DNA from: an uncultured Clostridia bacterium
GTDB lineage: Bacteria > Bacillota > Clostridia > Christensenellales > UBA1242
Direction of reading: 5' to 3'
DNA: 64,000 nt
Assembly (NCBI GenBank): GCA_937992055.1
Contig: CALKLQ010000041.1
Coordinates: 23,962-87,961, forward strand
Below are positions 48,437-58,160 of this stretch, piece after piece; position 1 is the first letter of the stretch, and each line of letters starts with the position of its first letter. The translations under genes were made by a program, and so were the position numbers. The notes below the pieces were generated by a model, which did not search any database, was not told the DNA's origin, and worked only from the letters and a program-made list of their open reading frames with translations.

Positions 48437-48637
48437 TTAAACTTGGTCACTAGAAGTTATTTTTCCTTCATAGATTTCTTCAGCAGCCCAGCTTACAGAC
48501 TTAATATCACTTTTTTCAAGTTCAGCAGGAATTCTTTTCTCCAATTCTTTTGCTCTTTTAGCCATAACACAAACAAGTTTATATTTATTTCCATCCATTT
48601 TTTTTGCCAAATCATCAATTGGCGGTTCTATCATCAT
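48437..48637 (-). CDS. rpoZ: DNA-directed RNA polymerase subunit omega
   Basis: 66 aa. PPIDDLAKKMDGNKYKLVCVMAKRAKEL matches the omega N-terminal helix pattern. Position upstream of priA matches Bacillus-type synteny. Confidence 0.8.
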   Translation of the reverse strand: MMIEPPIDDLAKKMDGNKYKLVCVMAKRAKELEKRIPAELEKSDIKSVSWAAEEIYEGKITSSDQV

Positions 48638-48798
48638 ATTATCACCTCAAAAATTAATCAAATTAGTTGAATGATTTCAACCTTAAAAAATCAAGAAGTT
48701 ATGAGAATAAAAGTTATCATAAACGATATTTTAAATTTCCATAAACTCATTAAACTTTTGTATTATAGCATAAAAAAAACAATTTGAAAAGGATTTTA

Positions 48799-48981
48799 CT
48801 AATTTTTCTTATTTTTTTCGTTTAATGATTCAAGCGCAACTCTTGTAGCTTCTATAACAAAGGCGCTAAATGTACAGTTAGTACCTTTTATTTCTTTTTC
48901 AACTCCTTCAATAATGTCATTTGGAAATCTGATTCCTTTATTTGTAGTTGGTGGAACAGAAGGTATTTTAAATTCTCTCAT
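48799..48981 (-). CDS. small hypothetical protein, possibly ribbon-helix-helix DNA-binding
   Basis: 60 aa. KGIRFPNDIIEGVEKEIKGTNCTFSAFVIEATRVALE has a beta-strand then two-helix pattern. Confidence 0.3.
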   Translation of the reverse strand: MREFKIPSVPPTTNKGIRFPNDIIEGVEKEIKGTNCTFSAFVIEATRVALESLNEKNKKN

Positions 48982-49129
48982 GTGGTTCTCCCTTGTAATT
49001 ATTTTAATTTGTCACTCTTTAATTTAAAATCAAATCAACTCATAACAAATTTCTATTTTAATTTTAAATCATTAGAAGTGTAATGTCAGTTCTACATTTG
49101 TTGTGTTTTTGTAATACATATTGCTTTAC

Positions 49130-49930
49130 TTATAACTTTTCAACATTTTTAAACTTAACCCTATTATCAAAAATTTTCATAATAAGAGAAAGTTTTTCAT
49201 TATCACATCTTTCCCCATAAAGCACAATTTGTCTTGGACAAAGACCAATTAAAGATGTCACAAGATTTTCCTCATCACAAATCTCAATTGATTTATCTAA
49301 TTCATCAAAAATTTTAAAATTTTCGCCTTCCAAATAAACATTTAATGTATCGTGTGAAATTTCCAAATTATCAACCAAAAATTTAAGTAAATCTATAAAA
49401 TTATCATTACAAATCAAGAAACAGCCATTATCATTGGCAATTGAAGCAAGCTCCTCCCATTTTTCTCTTATCGACTTTAATTTAAAATAATAAAACGATT
49501 CTAAAGAGATATCTTTATTATTTTCAATCACTAGTTGCTTAGAAATTAAAAAAGCATCAGTTTCTTTATCAAAACTAATAAGTGCTTTTTTAAGTGCATC
49601 AAAGTAAAGACCTTCTTTAATAGGTAAATTTAAAGACTTTGTCAAAAATTCTTCTTTAAAGTAGGTGCATATTGTTTCAATAATAGAATTGGTTAAAAAA
49701 ACAGTGGCTCTGTCCTTGTCATATTCTTCACAGGCAAGCATAACTTTAATCTGATGATTTTCCTCAAACTTTTTAACATATGCACCTAATTCTTCCATTT
49801 GTTTTTTTAAATAGTTAAATAAAAAATTTGCCGCTTTAAGATGTTTAGGTTCAAGACATACGCATATTTCCCACATAAGTTGCTCCTTGCTCATTGTATT
49901 GTATGCAAAGAAAAAAGCTCTATACACCAT
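49130..49930 (-). CDS. hypothetical protein (possibly YtxC-like)
   Basis: 266 aa. Assignment rests on size and general resemblance only. The start codon is uncertain because of internal Met at residues 13 and 19. Confidence 0.3.
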   Translation of the reverse strand: MVYRAFFFAYNTMSKEQLMWEICVCLEPKHLKAANFLFNYLKKQMEELGAYVKKFEENHQIKVMLACEEYDKDRATVFLTNSIIETICTYFKEEFLTKSLNLPIKEGLYFDALKKALISFDKETDAFLISKQLVIENNKDISLESFYYFKLKSIREKWEELASIANDNGCFLICNDNFIDLLKFLVDNLEISHDTLNVYLEGENFKIFDELDKSIEICDEENLVTSLIGLCPRQIVLYGERCDNEKLSLIMKIFDNRVKFKNVEKL

Positions 49931-50074
49931 TTTTTTTGACTAATTTAAAAGAAAGCTAAGAAGTTGAATTAAAGAATAATTAACACATTTATTTGACAAA
50001 TGATACCCTAGCTATAAAGAAATATGCTATTATTTGCACTTGTTTTATCGCATAATTGAGATATTGAGGTAGTT

Positions 50075-50758
50075 ATGAAAAAAAAAATTGCTATATTTAT
50101 TTTAAGTCTTCTATTTTGCATTCCAATTTTTTCGGGATGTAATGAAACTATTTATGACCATCAAATATTTGTAACATCGTCAGATATTCGCCTAGGCAGT
50201 GTAAATGGAGATGGCATTTACAAAACAAACCAAATTGTTAAATTGACTGCGACACAAAAAAGTGATGAAAATAAATTTGTTTGCTGGATAAAAGACAATG
50301 AAGTTGTTTCAAATGAAATTACATATGAATTTACAGCTACAAAACAAACTGAAGGCAAATATACCGCAGTTTTTTATTCACCTAACTCAAATTTTTTATA
50401 TCTTGAAAAAATAATTTTAATTCCCAACTCAGTTGAAACTTCTTATGAGTTAAATGAACTCATAATTACGCTTTCAAATAAAGAAATTTTTAATAACAAT
50501 TCACTCAACATACTTTTATCAAATAATTCCTCCCCAGAAGAATTTGAAATAGAATCAAAAAATGTTTACAACAAAAACAATGAAATTGGGCTAACCGTCA
50601 CAACAAGGATAAACAATTCAGTGGTAATAAACAATGCTATCTTTACTATAACTGATGAAAGTTTGATACAAGTAGATTTTAATTTAAATGTTAATATCAA
50701 TAACGTATCATTAAAACTTTCCTTAGTCTTTAAACCTTTAGGATTTAATGAAGGATGA
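50075..50758 (+). CDS. lipoprotein, function unknown
   Basis: 227 aa. Signal peptide with lipobox IPIFSGC. Confidence 0.65.
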   Translation: MKKKIAIFILSLLFCIPIFSGCNETIYDHQIFVTSSDIRLGSVNGDGIYKTNQIVKLTATQKSDENKFVCWIKDNEVVSNEITYEFTATKQTEGKYTAVFYSPNSNFLYLEKIILIPNSVETSYELNELIITLSNKEIFNNNSLNILLSNNSSPEEFEIESKNVYNKNNEIGLTVTTRINNSVVINNAIFTITDESLIQVDFNLNVNINNVSLKLSLVFKPLGFNEG

Positions 50759-51365
50759 AATTACCCAATTTTTAGGAATAGAAATGCTCTCCGTGTGTAG
50801 ACATATTAATAAGATTGAAGATAAGCGAAATAAGCCTTGAAACATGACTTAAAGCAGGAGTTTACTAAAGTAAATGATTGTTTTAGGTCTTTTTTTAGCT
50901 ACGAACAAAGTAAAATTTTTTATTATTTTACCTTATTGACGTTGTTCAGCCTGATAATAAAAGTGCTCTTTTTTAATTATCAATAAATATTGTAAAACGA
51001 TTTAAGAAGTTTAACCAGAGCCTCATTATTAAAAGCTCTAGTAAAACTTGATTTTAAAAATATGGAAAAACTCTATTTATAATTAATAAGATATTTCGCA
51101 AAACATGTGTAACTTGACAGTCCACCTGTAACAAAAGTATTGTTTGGTTTATTTGTAAAGTTCGGTAGTTGTTGTTAAATATAAAACTCAAGTTATTAAA
51201 ATTTTTAATGAATAAAATTAATACCTAACAACTCATATTTATTTTTATTCATTAAGATGTATATTTATTCATTCTATATATAGCTTTATATTTATGCAAT
51301 ATTATGAATATTTATAAATATCAAGACATAAACATAAGATTTTAAAACTTACATATAATAGCATT

Positions 51366-52406
51366 ATGAAAACAATAGTATTGACAGGTGGAGGAAGCGC
51401 TGGACACGTAACACCAAATCTTGCACTTATCCCACAGCTACAAAAACATTTTGATAATATTTGTTACATAGGTACAAATGGCATTGAAAAAACATTAGTT
51501 GAATCTGCCCATCTTCCATTTTATGAAATAGAAGCATTTAAGCTTGAGCGAAAACTCACATTTAAAAATCTACTTTTGCCTTTTAAGCTTTTTAAAACAA
51601 TCAAACAAGCAAAGAACCAATTAAGAAAAATTTCTCCCGATGTAGTATTTTCAAAAGGAGGATATGTTTCTCTGCCTGTAGTTATTGCCGCAAAAAAATT
51701 AAAAATACCAGTAATTTCGCATGAAAGCGATATTTCTATGGGACTTGCTAACAAAATTATTTTGAGATATGCAAATTGTGTTTGCACCAGTTTCTCCTCA
51801 ACTGCTGAAAAAAATAAAAAGTGTATCTATACTGGCTCTCCTGTAAGACCTCAAATAAAACAAGGCAAGTCATATATAGCACGAAAAATAACTGGCATAG
51901 ACAATCAAAGGAAAACAATAATGTTCTTTGGAGGCAGTTTAGGCGCCGAGGCAATCAATAATTTTGTATTTAGCTGTTTAGATGAATTGTTGCTGGAATA
52001 TAATGTCATTCACATTACAGGTAAAAATTGCCAAACCCAAATTCATAAACCAAATTATTATTCTTGTAAATATACCAATCAAATAGAGCATTTTTTTGCA
52101 TTATCAGATGTTGTAATTTGCCGTGCAGGTTCAAACTCGATTTTTGAATTATTATGCATAAAAAAACCAATGATACTTATACCTTTGCCTAAAAAGGCAT
52201 CTAGAGGAGACCAAATTGATAATGCAAAATATTTCGAAAAGCATGGATATGCAAAAGTTATTTGGCAAGAAGATTTAAATAAAAGCAACTTTTTAAAAAC
52301 TTTAAATTCAATGAATTTAGAAAACATAAGCCAAAAACTTTCATCATCTAATTTGACCAATGGCAATGAAAATATTGTTAAACAAATTTTAAAATATATC
52401 AAATAG
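51366..52406 (+). CDS. murG: undecaprenyldiphospho-muramoylpentapeptide beta-N-acetylglucosaminyltransferase (MurG)
   Basis: 346 aa. TGGGSAGHVTPNLALIP, SHESDISMGLANKI and ASRGDQIDNAKYF closely resemble streptococcal-type MurG blocks. Confidence 0.8.
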   Translation: MKTIVLTGGGSAGHVTPNLALIPQLQKHFDNICYIGTNGIEKTLVESAHLPFYEIEAFKLERKLTFKNLLLPFKLFKTIKQAKNQLRKISPDVVFSKGGYVSLPVVIAAKKLKIPVISHESDISMGLANKIILRYANCVCTSFSSTAEKNKKCIYTGSPVRPQIKQGKSYIARKITGIDNQRKTIMFFGGSLGAEAINNFVFSCLDELLLEYNVIHITGKNCQTQIHKPNYYSCKYTNQIEHFFALSDVVICRAGSNSIFELLCIKKPMILIPLPKKASRGDQIDNAKYFEKHGYAKVIWQEDLNKSNFLKTLNSMNLENISQKLSSSNLTNGNENIVKQILKYIK

Positions 52407-52530
52407 TTTATTAAAAAACACTTAAGGCATTTTATGTTAAAAAAATATAATTAGTAACTGTAACAATAAATAAACATATTTTTTACATAAAAAAAATCTC
52501 ACTTTTTTAGTGAGATTTTATTTATTATTT

Positions 52531-53976
52531 TTAGTTTTCTTCTGAAGTTGTTTCATTAGTATCAGTATCATTAGTTTCACTTTCTTTTAACTTTGAAATT
52601 GCTGCTTCAACATCTTCAATATCTTGTTTGATTTGAGCAACAGTTGTAGTTAAAATTCTGTAAGAAGTTTCCAAAACTGGATATCTTTCTTCACTATTTT
52701 TAATTACCTCTTCGCAATGAGCAACTGACATTCTAAGTCCATCAAGAAGGTCAAGATCTTCCTCAAGTTTATGAGCTTTTTCCTCATCAATGTCAACAAT
52801 ATTGTTAACACCATACAAAAGAACTTTTTGTTTTGCAACAAGGGCTTCCCTTCTTCTAAGTTTTTTCTTATCACTTTCCAAGTTCTTTCTAACTCTCATT
52901 AGTGGAAGATATTCTTTTTTAATGCCTCTAAGTTCTTTTTCGTTATTTTTAAGTCTTTCTTTCAAAGTTTCAAGACGTTCTTCGTATTCTTCCAAAGACA
53001 TAGCTGGCTTAGTTTCTTCCATAGTGCTATCTTTAGCTTTATCAAGAAGTTGTTCAAGTTCAAGTTTTTCGCGTTCCAATCTCTCTTTTTCTTCCTGAGA
53101 TTGTCTTTCAACAACAACAAGTTGTTCACGATTTTTTTCGCTTTCCTCTTTCAATTTCTCAAATTCAGCAATCTTAGCTTCAAGTTCTTTTCTAAGTCTT
53201 TCATTTTCTGCTGTTTTTTCTTCAATCTCTTTTTGAACGTCATCTAAAGTTTCAATTTCAGTTTCTTCAGCAACAGTTTCTTCAGTGCTATCTTCAATAT
53301 TCTCATCATTTTGAGAATCTTCAGTTTCAACAACTTCTTCTGATTTTTCTTCTATTTCTTCTTCATCTAAATCAAGATCATCTAAGTCAAAATCATCGTT
53401 GAAGAAGACATCATCGAAATCAAATTCATCTTCATCTTTAGTTGTAACATCTGCAAATACATTTTGCTTTTCTGTTGCAGCTTTAAGTTTTTCTTGTTTA
53501 AATCTTTCCTCTTCCTCTCTGAGTTTTGCAAAAGGATCTTCCTCTTCAACGTTTTCAGGTTCTTTTTGTTCCTCAACAACAGGCTCTTCTTTAACAGGCT
53601 GTTCATTAACCTGTTCCTGTTCACTTTTCAAAAGTTTTTCTTCTTCAAGTGCACGGTCGTAATCAACCTGGGCATATTCTTCCTCTTTTTTATCTTCAAC
53701 TGGAGCATATGTAAGAGCTTCCCTCTTTGTCATTTCAAGTTTTTCTTTTTCATATTCTCTAATTGTTTGCTTGATTTTTTCTTTTTCATCTTCTTCTTTA
53801 ACTTCAACGTCTTTATTTTTAGATTTTTTTCTTAACGCACTATTTTCAGGGTCAAGAACAGAGATGAGAAGGTCCCCTAAAAAGAAAATAAGAAATCCAC
53901 CTGCCACAATAATTCCAATAATGGCAAGCACATTCAAAAGAACTTCTCCAAAATTTACTGCAAGTAAGGTGTTCAT
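52531..53976 (-). CDS. membrane-anchored Glu/Lys-rich coiled-coil protein
   Basis: The ATG at 53976 follows AGGAG. The track start at 54030 would overlap the tmRNA 3' end. One N-terminal TM helix, then ~440 aa of low-complexity E/K/D coiled coil. Confidence 0.65.
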   Translation of the reverse strand: MNTLLAVNFGEVLLNVLAIIGIIVAGGFLIFFLGDLLISVLDPENSALRKKSKNKDVEVKEEDEKEKIKQTIREYEKEKLEMTKREALTYAPVEDKKEEEYAQVDYDRALEEEKLLKSEQEQVNEQPVKEEPVVEEQKEPENVEEEDPFAKLREEEERFKQEKLKAATEKQNVFADVTTKDEDEFDFDDVFFNDDFDLDDLDLDEEEIEEKSEEVVETEDSQNDENIEDSTEETVAEETEIETLDDVQKEIEEKTAENERLRKELEAKIAEFEKLKEESEKNREQLVVVERQSQEEKERLEREKLELEQLLDKAKDSTMEETKPAMSLEEYEERLETLKERLKNNEKELRGIKKEYLPLMRVRKNLESDKKKLRRREALVAKQKVLLYGVNNIVDIDEEKAHKLEEDLDLLDGLRMSVAHCEEVIKNSEERYPVLETSYRILTTTVAQIKQDIEDVEAAISKLKESETNDTDTNETTSEEN

Positions 53977-54002
53977 AAAATAATTCTCCTTTAATTTTTG
54001 TT

Positions 54003-54354
54003 TGGTGGAAACGGTGGGATTTGAACCCACGTCCGAATAGGCTGTGTTTTGCCTTTCTCCGTGTGCAGTTTATGATTTAATTTCATTCAAGATTCTTCCA
54101 TAAACAAAATAAACTTGAACAAGTCACAAATTAAATTTCAAAAACCCGTGACAAAATTTTTGAAACTTCCTACTCAAATTGATGCCAATTAAATTTTTAA
54201 TAGGAGAAAAATTTATTGACAAGTTGCGTTAGGCTGCAACTGCGCCGTAATTGTTATTTGCGTTTATTTTTTGACCAAGTTTTAAGGTAGGCTCAGCCAA
54301 CTACCACACGCTTTATACAAAATCAAGTCCCAATCGTCGAAACCTATCGTCCCC
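54003..54354 (-). ncRNA. ssrA: tmRNA (transfer-messenger RNA, SsrA)
   Basis: 5' GGGGACGATAGGTTTCGACG. 3' tRNA-like end GGGTTCAAATCCCACCGTTTCCACCA. Acceptor stem with G3.U. Tag reading frame GCA AAT AAC AAT TAC GGC GCA GTT GCA GCC TAA (54261-54229) gives ANNNYGAVAA. Directly downstream of smpB. Confidence 0.92.
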
Positions 54355-54799
54355 TCAAATCGCTTTTCAAACTTCTGTCAATTTCTCTTTTGACAACTTC
54401 ATTTGCCTTTGTTTGCCGTTTATCATAAAGTTTTTTACCTTTAGCAAGAGCAATTTCAACCTTAACAAAGCCGTCTTTAATATAAACTTTGGTAGGAACA
54501 ATTGTCATGCCTTTAATGGTCTTTTCTTTAAGTAGTTTAGCAATTTCGCTTTTGTGAAGAAGCAGTTTGCGATTACGTTTTGTGTCAGGGCAAAAGTTTT
54601 TTGCTTTCTCATATGGTTTAATATATGCATTTTTCAAAAAAATTTCATCATTTTCTAAACTAACAAAACTTTCTGCAATGCTAATTCCACCATCTCGAAT
54701 TGATTTAACCTCACTCCCGACTAAAACAATTCCGGCTTCAAATGTTTGTGAAATAAAGTAGTTAAAATATGCCTTTTTATTTGTTGCTACAACCTTCAT
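54344..54799 (-). CDS. smpB: SsrA-binding protein SmpB
   Basis: 151 aa. NKKAYFNYFI, GIVLVGSEVKSIR, KRNRKLLLHKSEI. Confidence 0.93.
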   Translation of the reverse strand: MKVVATNKKAYFNYFISQTFEAGIVLVGSEVKSIRDGGISIAESFVSLENDEIFLKNAYIKPYEKAKNFCPDTKRNRKLLLHKSEIAKLLKEKTIKGMTIVPTKVYIKDGFVKVEIALAKGKKLYDKRQTKANEVVKREIDRSLKSDLRGR

Positions 54800-54875
54800 T
54801 TCTTCTCCAATTATATCACTAGTTATTTAATATTTCAATACCAAATTTAAATTTTTTTGAAAAAAAGCGTTAATT

Positions 54876-56930
54876 TTATACTTTTTTTAGTGTAAATTCA
54901 ATTTTTCTGTCAAAAACATTGCAATTTGCAACAATAACAGTCACCTTATCGCCTATGCTAAAACAATGTTTTTGCCCCTTTAATTTTAATGACTTTTCAA
55001 AGAATAAATAAGAATCATCATCCAATGTTTCTAATTTTACAAGTCCTTCAACAGTGTTTTCCAACTCAACAAAAAAACCAAAGCTAGTTACACTACTAAT
55101 TATTCCTTCAAATTCTTTTCCAACAAATTTTTTCATATACTGAACTTTTTTTAAATCGTCAGCATCTCTTTCAGCCTCATCCGCGCTGCGCTCTTTTTGA
55201 CTAGACTGTTCACAAGCCTCAAAAACAAATTCTTTTAAATCTTTAGAAAAGTTTTTACCAGCAAGTTTTTGCTTTATTATTCTATGAATTAAAAGGTCTG
55301 GATATCTCCTTATAGGAGAGGTAAAATGACAGTAGTATTGTAACGCCAAGCCAAAATGTCCTAAACACTCATTAGAATATCTAGCTTTCTGCAATGACCT
55401 TAAAATCATTTTGTTTAAAGATTCTTTCAAAGGATTGTTTTCAATCAATCTTAATATTTGTTTATAATAACTTGGAGTTATAACACTTGGAGCTGGAGGA
55501 CAAGTTATTCCAATTCCAGCTAAAAAATCAATTAAATTTTTTAATTTTTCATTTGTAGGAGATTCATGAATTCTATATGCAAAAGGAATTTTTAAATTTG
55601 CAAATTCTTTTGCCACAGTTTCATTACATATAATCATAAAGCTCTCTATAAGTTTATGTGCATCATTTCTTTCCCGCTTGGAAATTGATAAAACTTCGCC
55701 ATTTTCGTTTACTTCAAAATATGGTTCAGCAATATCAAAGTCTAGCTCTCCACATTCTACGCGTTTTTTCTTTAAAAGTTTCGCAAGCTGGTTCATTTTA
55801 ATTAAAGTATCTTTTAAGTTTTTAGTCTTAGCGTTCACTTTTCCAAGAAGGGCGTCATAAACCTCGTCATAGGTCAATCTTGCCACACTTTTGATATAGC
55901 TCTCACATATTCTGTGATTAACAACTTCTCCCTCTTTATTTATTTCCATAAAAACAGATAATGTTAACCTAATTTCGTTTTCAAAAAGAGAACAAATACC
56001 GTTAGAGATGCTCTTTGGAAGCATAGGAAAAGTCATTGTAGGAAAGTAAACGCTTGTTCCCCTCAAAAATGCTTCTTTGTCTAGAACACTATCTTTTTTA
56101 ACGTATTCACCTACATCGGCAATATGAACACCAAGTTCATAGTTGCCATTTGGCAAAATAGAAAGAGATACAGCGTCATCCAAATCTTTTGCATCAGCGC
56201 CATCTATTGTGAAAATTGTTCGTTTAGTGAGATCCATTCTTTTTTCTAAATCTTTTTTAGAAATGCCTTTTTTTGAAATTTTTTCCGCATTCAAGGCAAC
56301 CTCTTCTGGGAACTTTTCATAGATGTGATGAGCTCTTAAAATGGCAAGTTCCAAGGTTTGTTCGCTTTCACTTTCGCCCAAGATTTCAATTACTTGACCT
56401 AAAAATCTATCTTTTTCATTTTCTGGTTGATATGTTAATCTGCAAACAACTTTATCCTCAATTTTTGCGCCAAATAAGTGGCGTTTTTCAACCTTAATAT
56501 ATCTTGTTATTTTATTATTGTCTGGAACCACAAAAAAATCTTTTTTTATTTTTATAAGATTTCCAACCAATTCGTTGTTGCTTCTTTTGGTAATTTTAAA
56601 AACAACGCCTTCTTTTTTATTACCCTCACCCTGTTTTACTTTTACCATGACCCTGTCGCCATCTATAGCACCTTTAGCTTTTTTTGGAGGAATAAAAACA
56701 TCTTCGTTCAAATCACTGCAAAAACAAAAGTTATAATTTTTGCCAGTTCCTATAAAAACACCTTCATACACTTTTTCTTTTGAAGAAGAATTTTGAGTCT
56801 TTTTTTTGCCATTTGAATTTTTTTGATTTTGTTTAGATTTTTTGTTTTTGCCACCAATTAAAAAAACTCCGTCAGATGCGGAGGATGAAAAATCAACTAG
56901 ATTTTTTTTATTTTTTTTCATATTAATCAA
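54876..56930 (-). CDS. rnr: ribonuclease R
   Basis: 684 aa. RNB domain (FTIDGADAKDLDDAVS, HFGLALQYYCHFTSPIRRYPDL) and a C-terminal S1 domain. The start may be Met4. Confidence 0.9.
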   Translation of the reverse strand: MINMKKNKKNLVDFSSSASDGVFLIGGKNKKSKQNQKNSNGKKKTQNSSSKEKVYEGVFIGTGKNYNFCFCSDLNEDVFIPPKKAKGAIDGDRVMVKVKQGEGNKKEGVVFKITKRSNNELVGNLIKIKKDFFVVPDNNKITRYIKVEKRHLFGAKIEDKVVCRLTYQPENEKDRFLGQVIEILGESESEQTLELAILRAHHIYEKFPEEVALNAEKISKKGISKKDLEKRMDLTKRTIFTIDGADAKDLDDAVSLSILPNGNYELGVHIADVGEYVKKDSVLDKEAFLRGTSVYFPTMTFPMLPKSISNGICSLFENEIRLTLSVFMEINKEGEVVNHRICESYIKSVARLTYDEVYDALLGKVNAKTKNLKDTLIKMNQLAKLLKKKRVECGELDFDIAEPYFEVNENGEVLSISKRERNDAHKLIESFMIICNETVAKEFANLKIPFAYRIHESPTNEKLKNLIDFLAGIGITCPPAPSVITPSYYKQILRLIENNPLKESLNKMILRSLQKARYSNECLGHFGLALQYYCHFTSPIRRYPDLLIHRIIKQKLAGKNFSKDLKEFVFEACEQSSQKERSADEAERDADDLKKVQYMKKFVGKEFEGIISSVTSFGFFVELENTVEGLVKLETLDDDSYLFFEKSLKLKGQKHCFSIGDKVTVIVANCNVFDRKIEFTLKKV

Positions 56931-57238
56931 CTCTTGTTAATGAACAAAGAAACAAAGTATAAAACAATACAAACAGCAATTATGCTAACCATAATAATTG
57001 TTGTTTTTTTGAGTTTACCGTCCCTTGTTTCACCTTTATTTTGTGAGTAATAACTTTCTTGCACACCTGAAATGACATTTGTTCCATTAGATGAATTTTC
57101 AGATTGCAAAAGTACAGTAACAGTCATAATGATTGCGCAAACAAAAATAATTCCAATTAAAACATATCTTATAATAGGAAAAGATTTTGTAATCCAATCA
57201 GCTTGAGTAGCAGCTAAAACAAAATTAGTCAAATTCAT
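56927..57238 (-). CDS. secG: preprotein translocase subunit SecG (probable)
   Basis: 103 aa with two TM helices around VLLQSENSSNG. secG-rnr-smpB-ssrA order matches Bacillus synteny. Confidence 0.6.
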   Translation of the reverse strand: MNLTNFVLAATQADWITKSFPIIRYVLIGIIFVCAIIMTVTVLLQSENSSNGTNVISGVQESYYSQNKGETRDGKLKKTTIIMVSIIAVCIVLYFVSLFINKS

Positions 57239-57251
57239 TTTTTCACATCCT

Positions 57252-57500
57252 TTAAATAGTACAAAGTAAAATTAAAATTGCGGTTGACAAAATTGCAATA
57301 ATAATTGGGAAAACATAATTTTTTTTAATGGCATTAACATTGAATACTCTTTTAACAACAATTCGCATGCTCAATAAAATTAAAATACTTAAAAGAACAA
57401 TAATTGTTATAAAAAGTATGTTATTACTTGTTCGCAAATTATGAACAGATGTTTTTATCGCCAAAAACCAGTCTTGAATAAAAGAGGCAAGTAAATTCAT
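57252..57500 (-). CDS. small membrane protein (82 aa)
   Basis: Two to three hydrophobic helices and a GGAG RBS. Confidence 0.45.
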   Translation of the reverse strand: MNLLASFIQDWFLAIKTSVHNLRTSNNILFITIIVLLSILILLSMRIVVKRVFNVNAIKKNYVFPIIIAILSTAILILLCTI

Positions 57501-57573
57501 GTTTTCTCCTTTTGTTAGAATATCATTTTCTAAATTAGTTTGTCAACGATAATGCGTTTTATATAGATTAAAA

Positions 57574-58158
57574 TCAAAATTTTCTTTTTAAAATATCAGA
57601 TAGCAACAAAATTTTAATTTGCCTTGGCAAGCCTTTAAGAACTTTTCCCAATTCCTCTCCTGTCAAATCATCATCATAACCATAATTGCCCAGAGCGCTT
57701 TTGCCATAGGAATTCATATCATAATCATCAAACGATTGCTCAAGAAATGAATCAAGTTCTGACATGCTCATATCATCAAAGTTAGGATATTGAGTTTCAT
57801 CAAATATATTTTCATCAACTTGTTTTCGCCTTAAATCTTCAAACATTTTATCAATGTCAATTTCTTCTTGTTCTTGAAGATTTTCCACAAAAAGTTTTTC
57901 ACTAGGTTGCTCTTCCTCTTCATTAAAGGACTGTACTTCTGGCAATTTACCATACTCTACATTTTCCTCTTTGATTTTAGTATCATAATCTTCTTTAGCA
58001 TGAGAGGATTCACTTTCAATTTTATTTTTTTTAGATGTCTTTTCCTTTTTTATTTTTGGCGTCTTATTTTTTTTAAAAAAGTTTTTTCCTTTATCTAGAA
58101 AAACGAAAATTAAAAGTACTAAAAGTGCAATTCCAGCAATAATAAGGAACTCTTTCAC
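57574..58158 (-). CDS. membrane-anchored acidic protein
   Basis: 194 aa. N-terminal TM helix, Lys-rich linker, acidic C-terminal region. Lies 2 nt downstream of floA. Confidence 0.5.
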   Translation of the reverse strand: MKEFLIIAGIALLVLLIFVFLDKGKNFFKKNKTPKIKKEKTSKKNKIESESSHAKEDYDTKIKEENVEYGKLPEVQSFNEEEEQPSEKLFVENLQEQEEIDIDKMFEDLRRKQVDENIFDETQYPNFDDMSMSELDSFLEQSFDDYDMNSYGKSALGNYGYDDDLTGEELGKVLKGLPRQIKILLLSDILKRKF

Positions 58159-58160
58159 CT

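Noticed and set aside
50760-51365. 600-bp intergenic region inspected for a riboswitch, sRNA or mobile-element scar
   Set aside because: Only a terminator-like hairpin (about 50856-50905, GACTTAAA...TTTAGGTC plus a T run) was found. There were no conserved ncRNA motifs or repeats I could support.
52790-53983. Cluster of overlapping alternative-frame and antisense ORFs (60-123 aa)
   Set aside because: They are low-complexity shadows of the Glu/Lys-rich coiled-coil gene (GAA/AAG repeats read in other frames).
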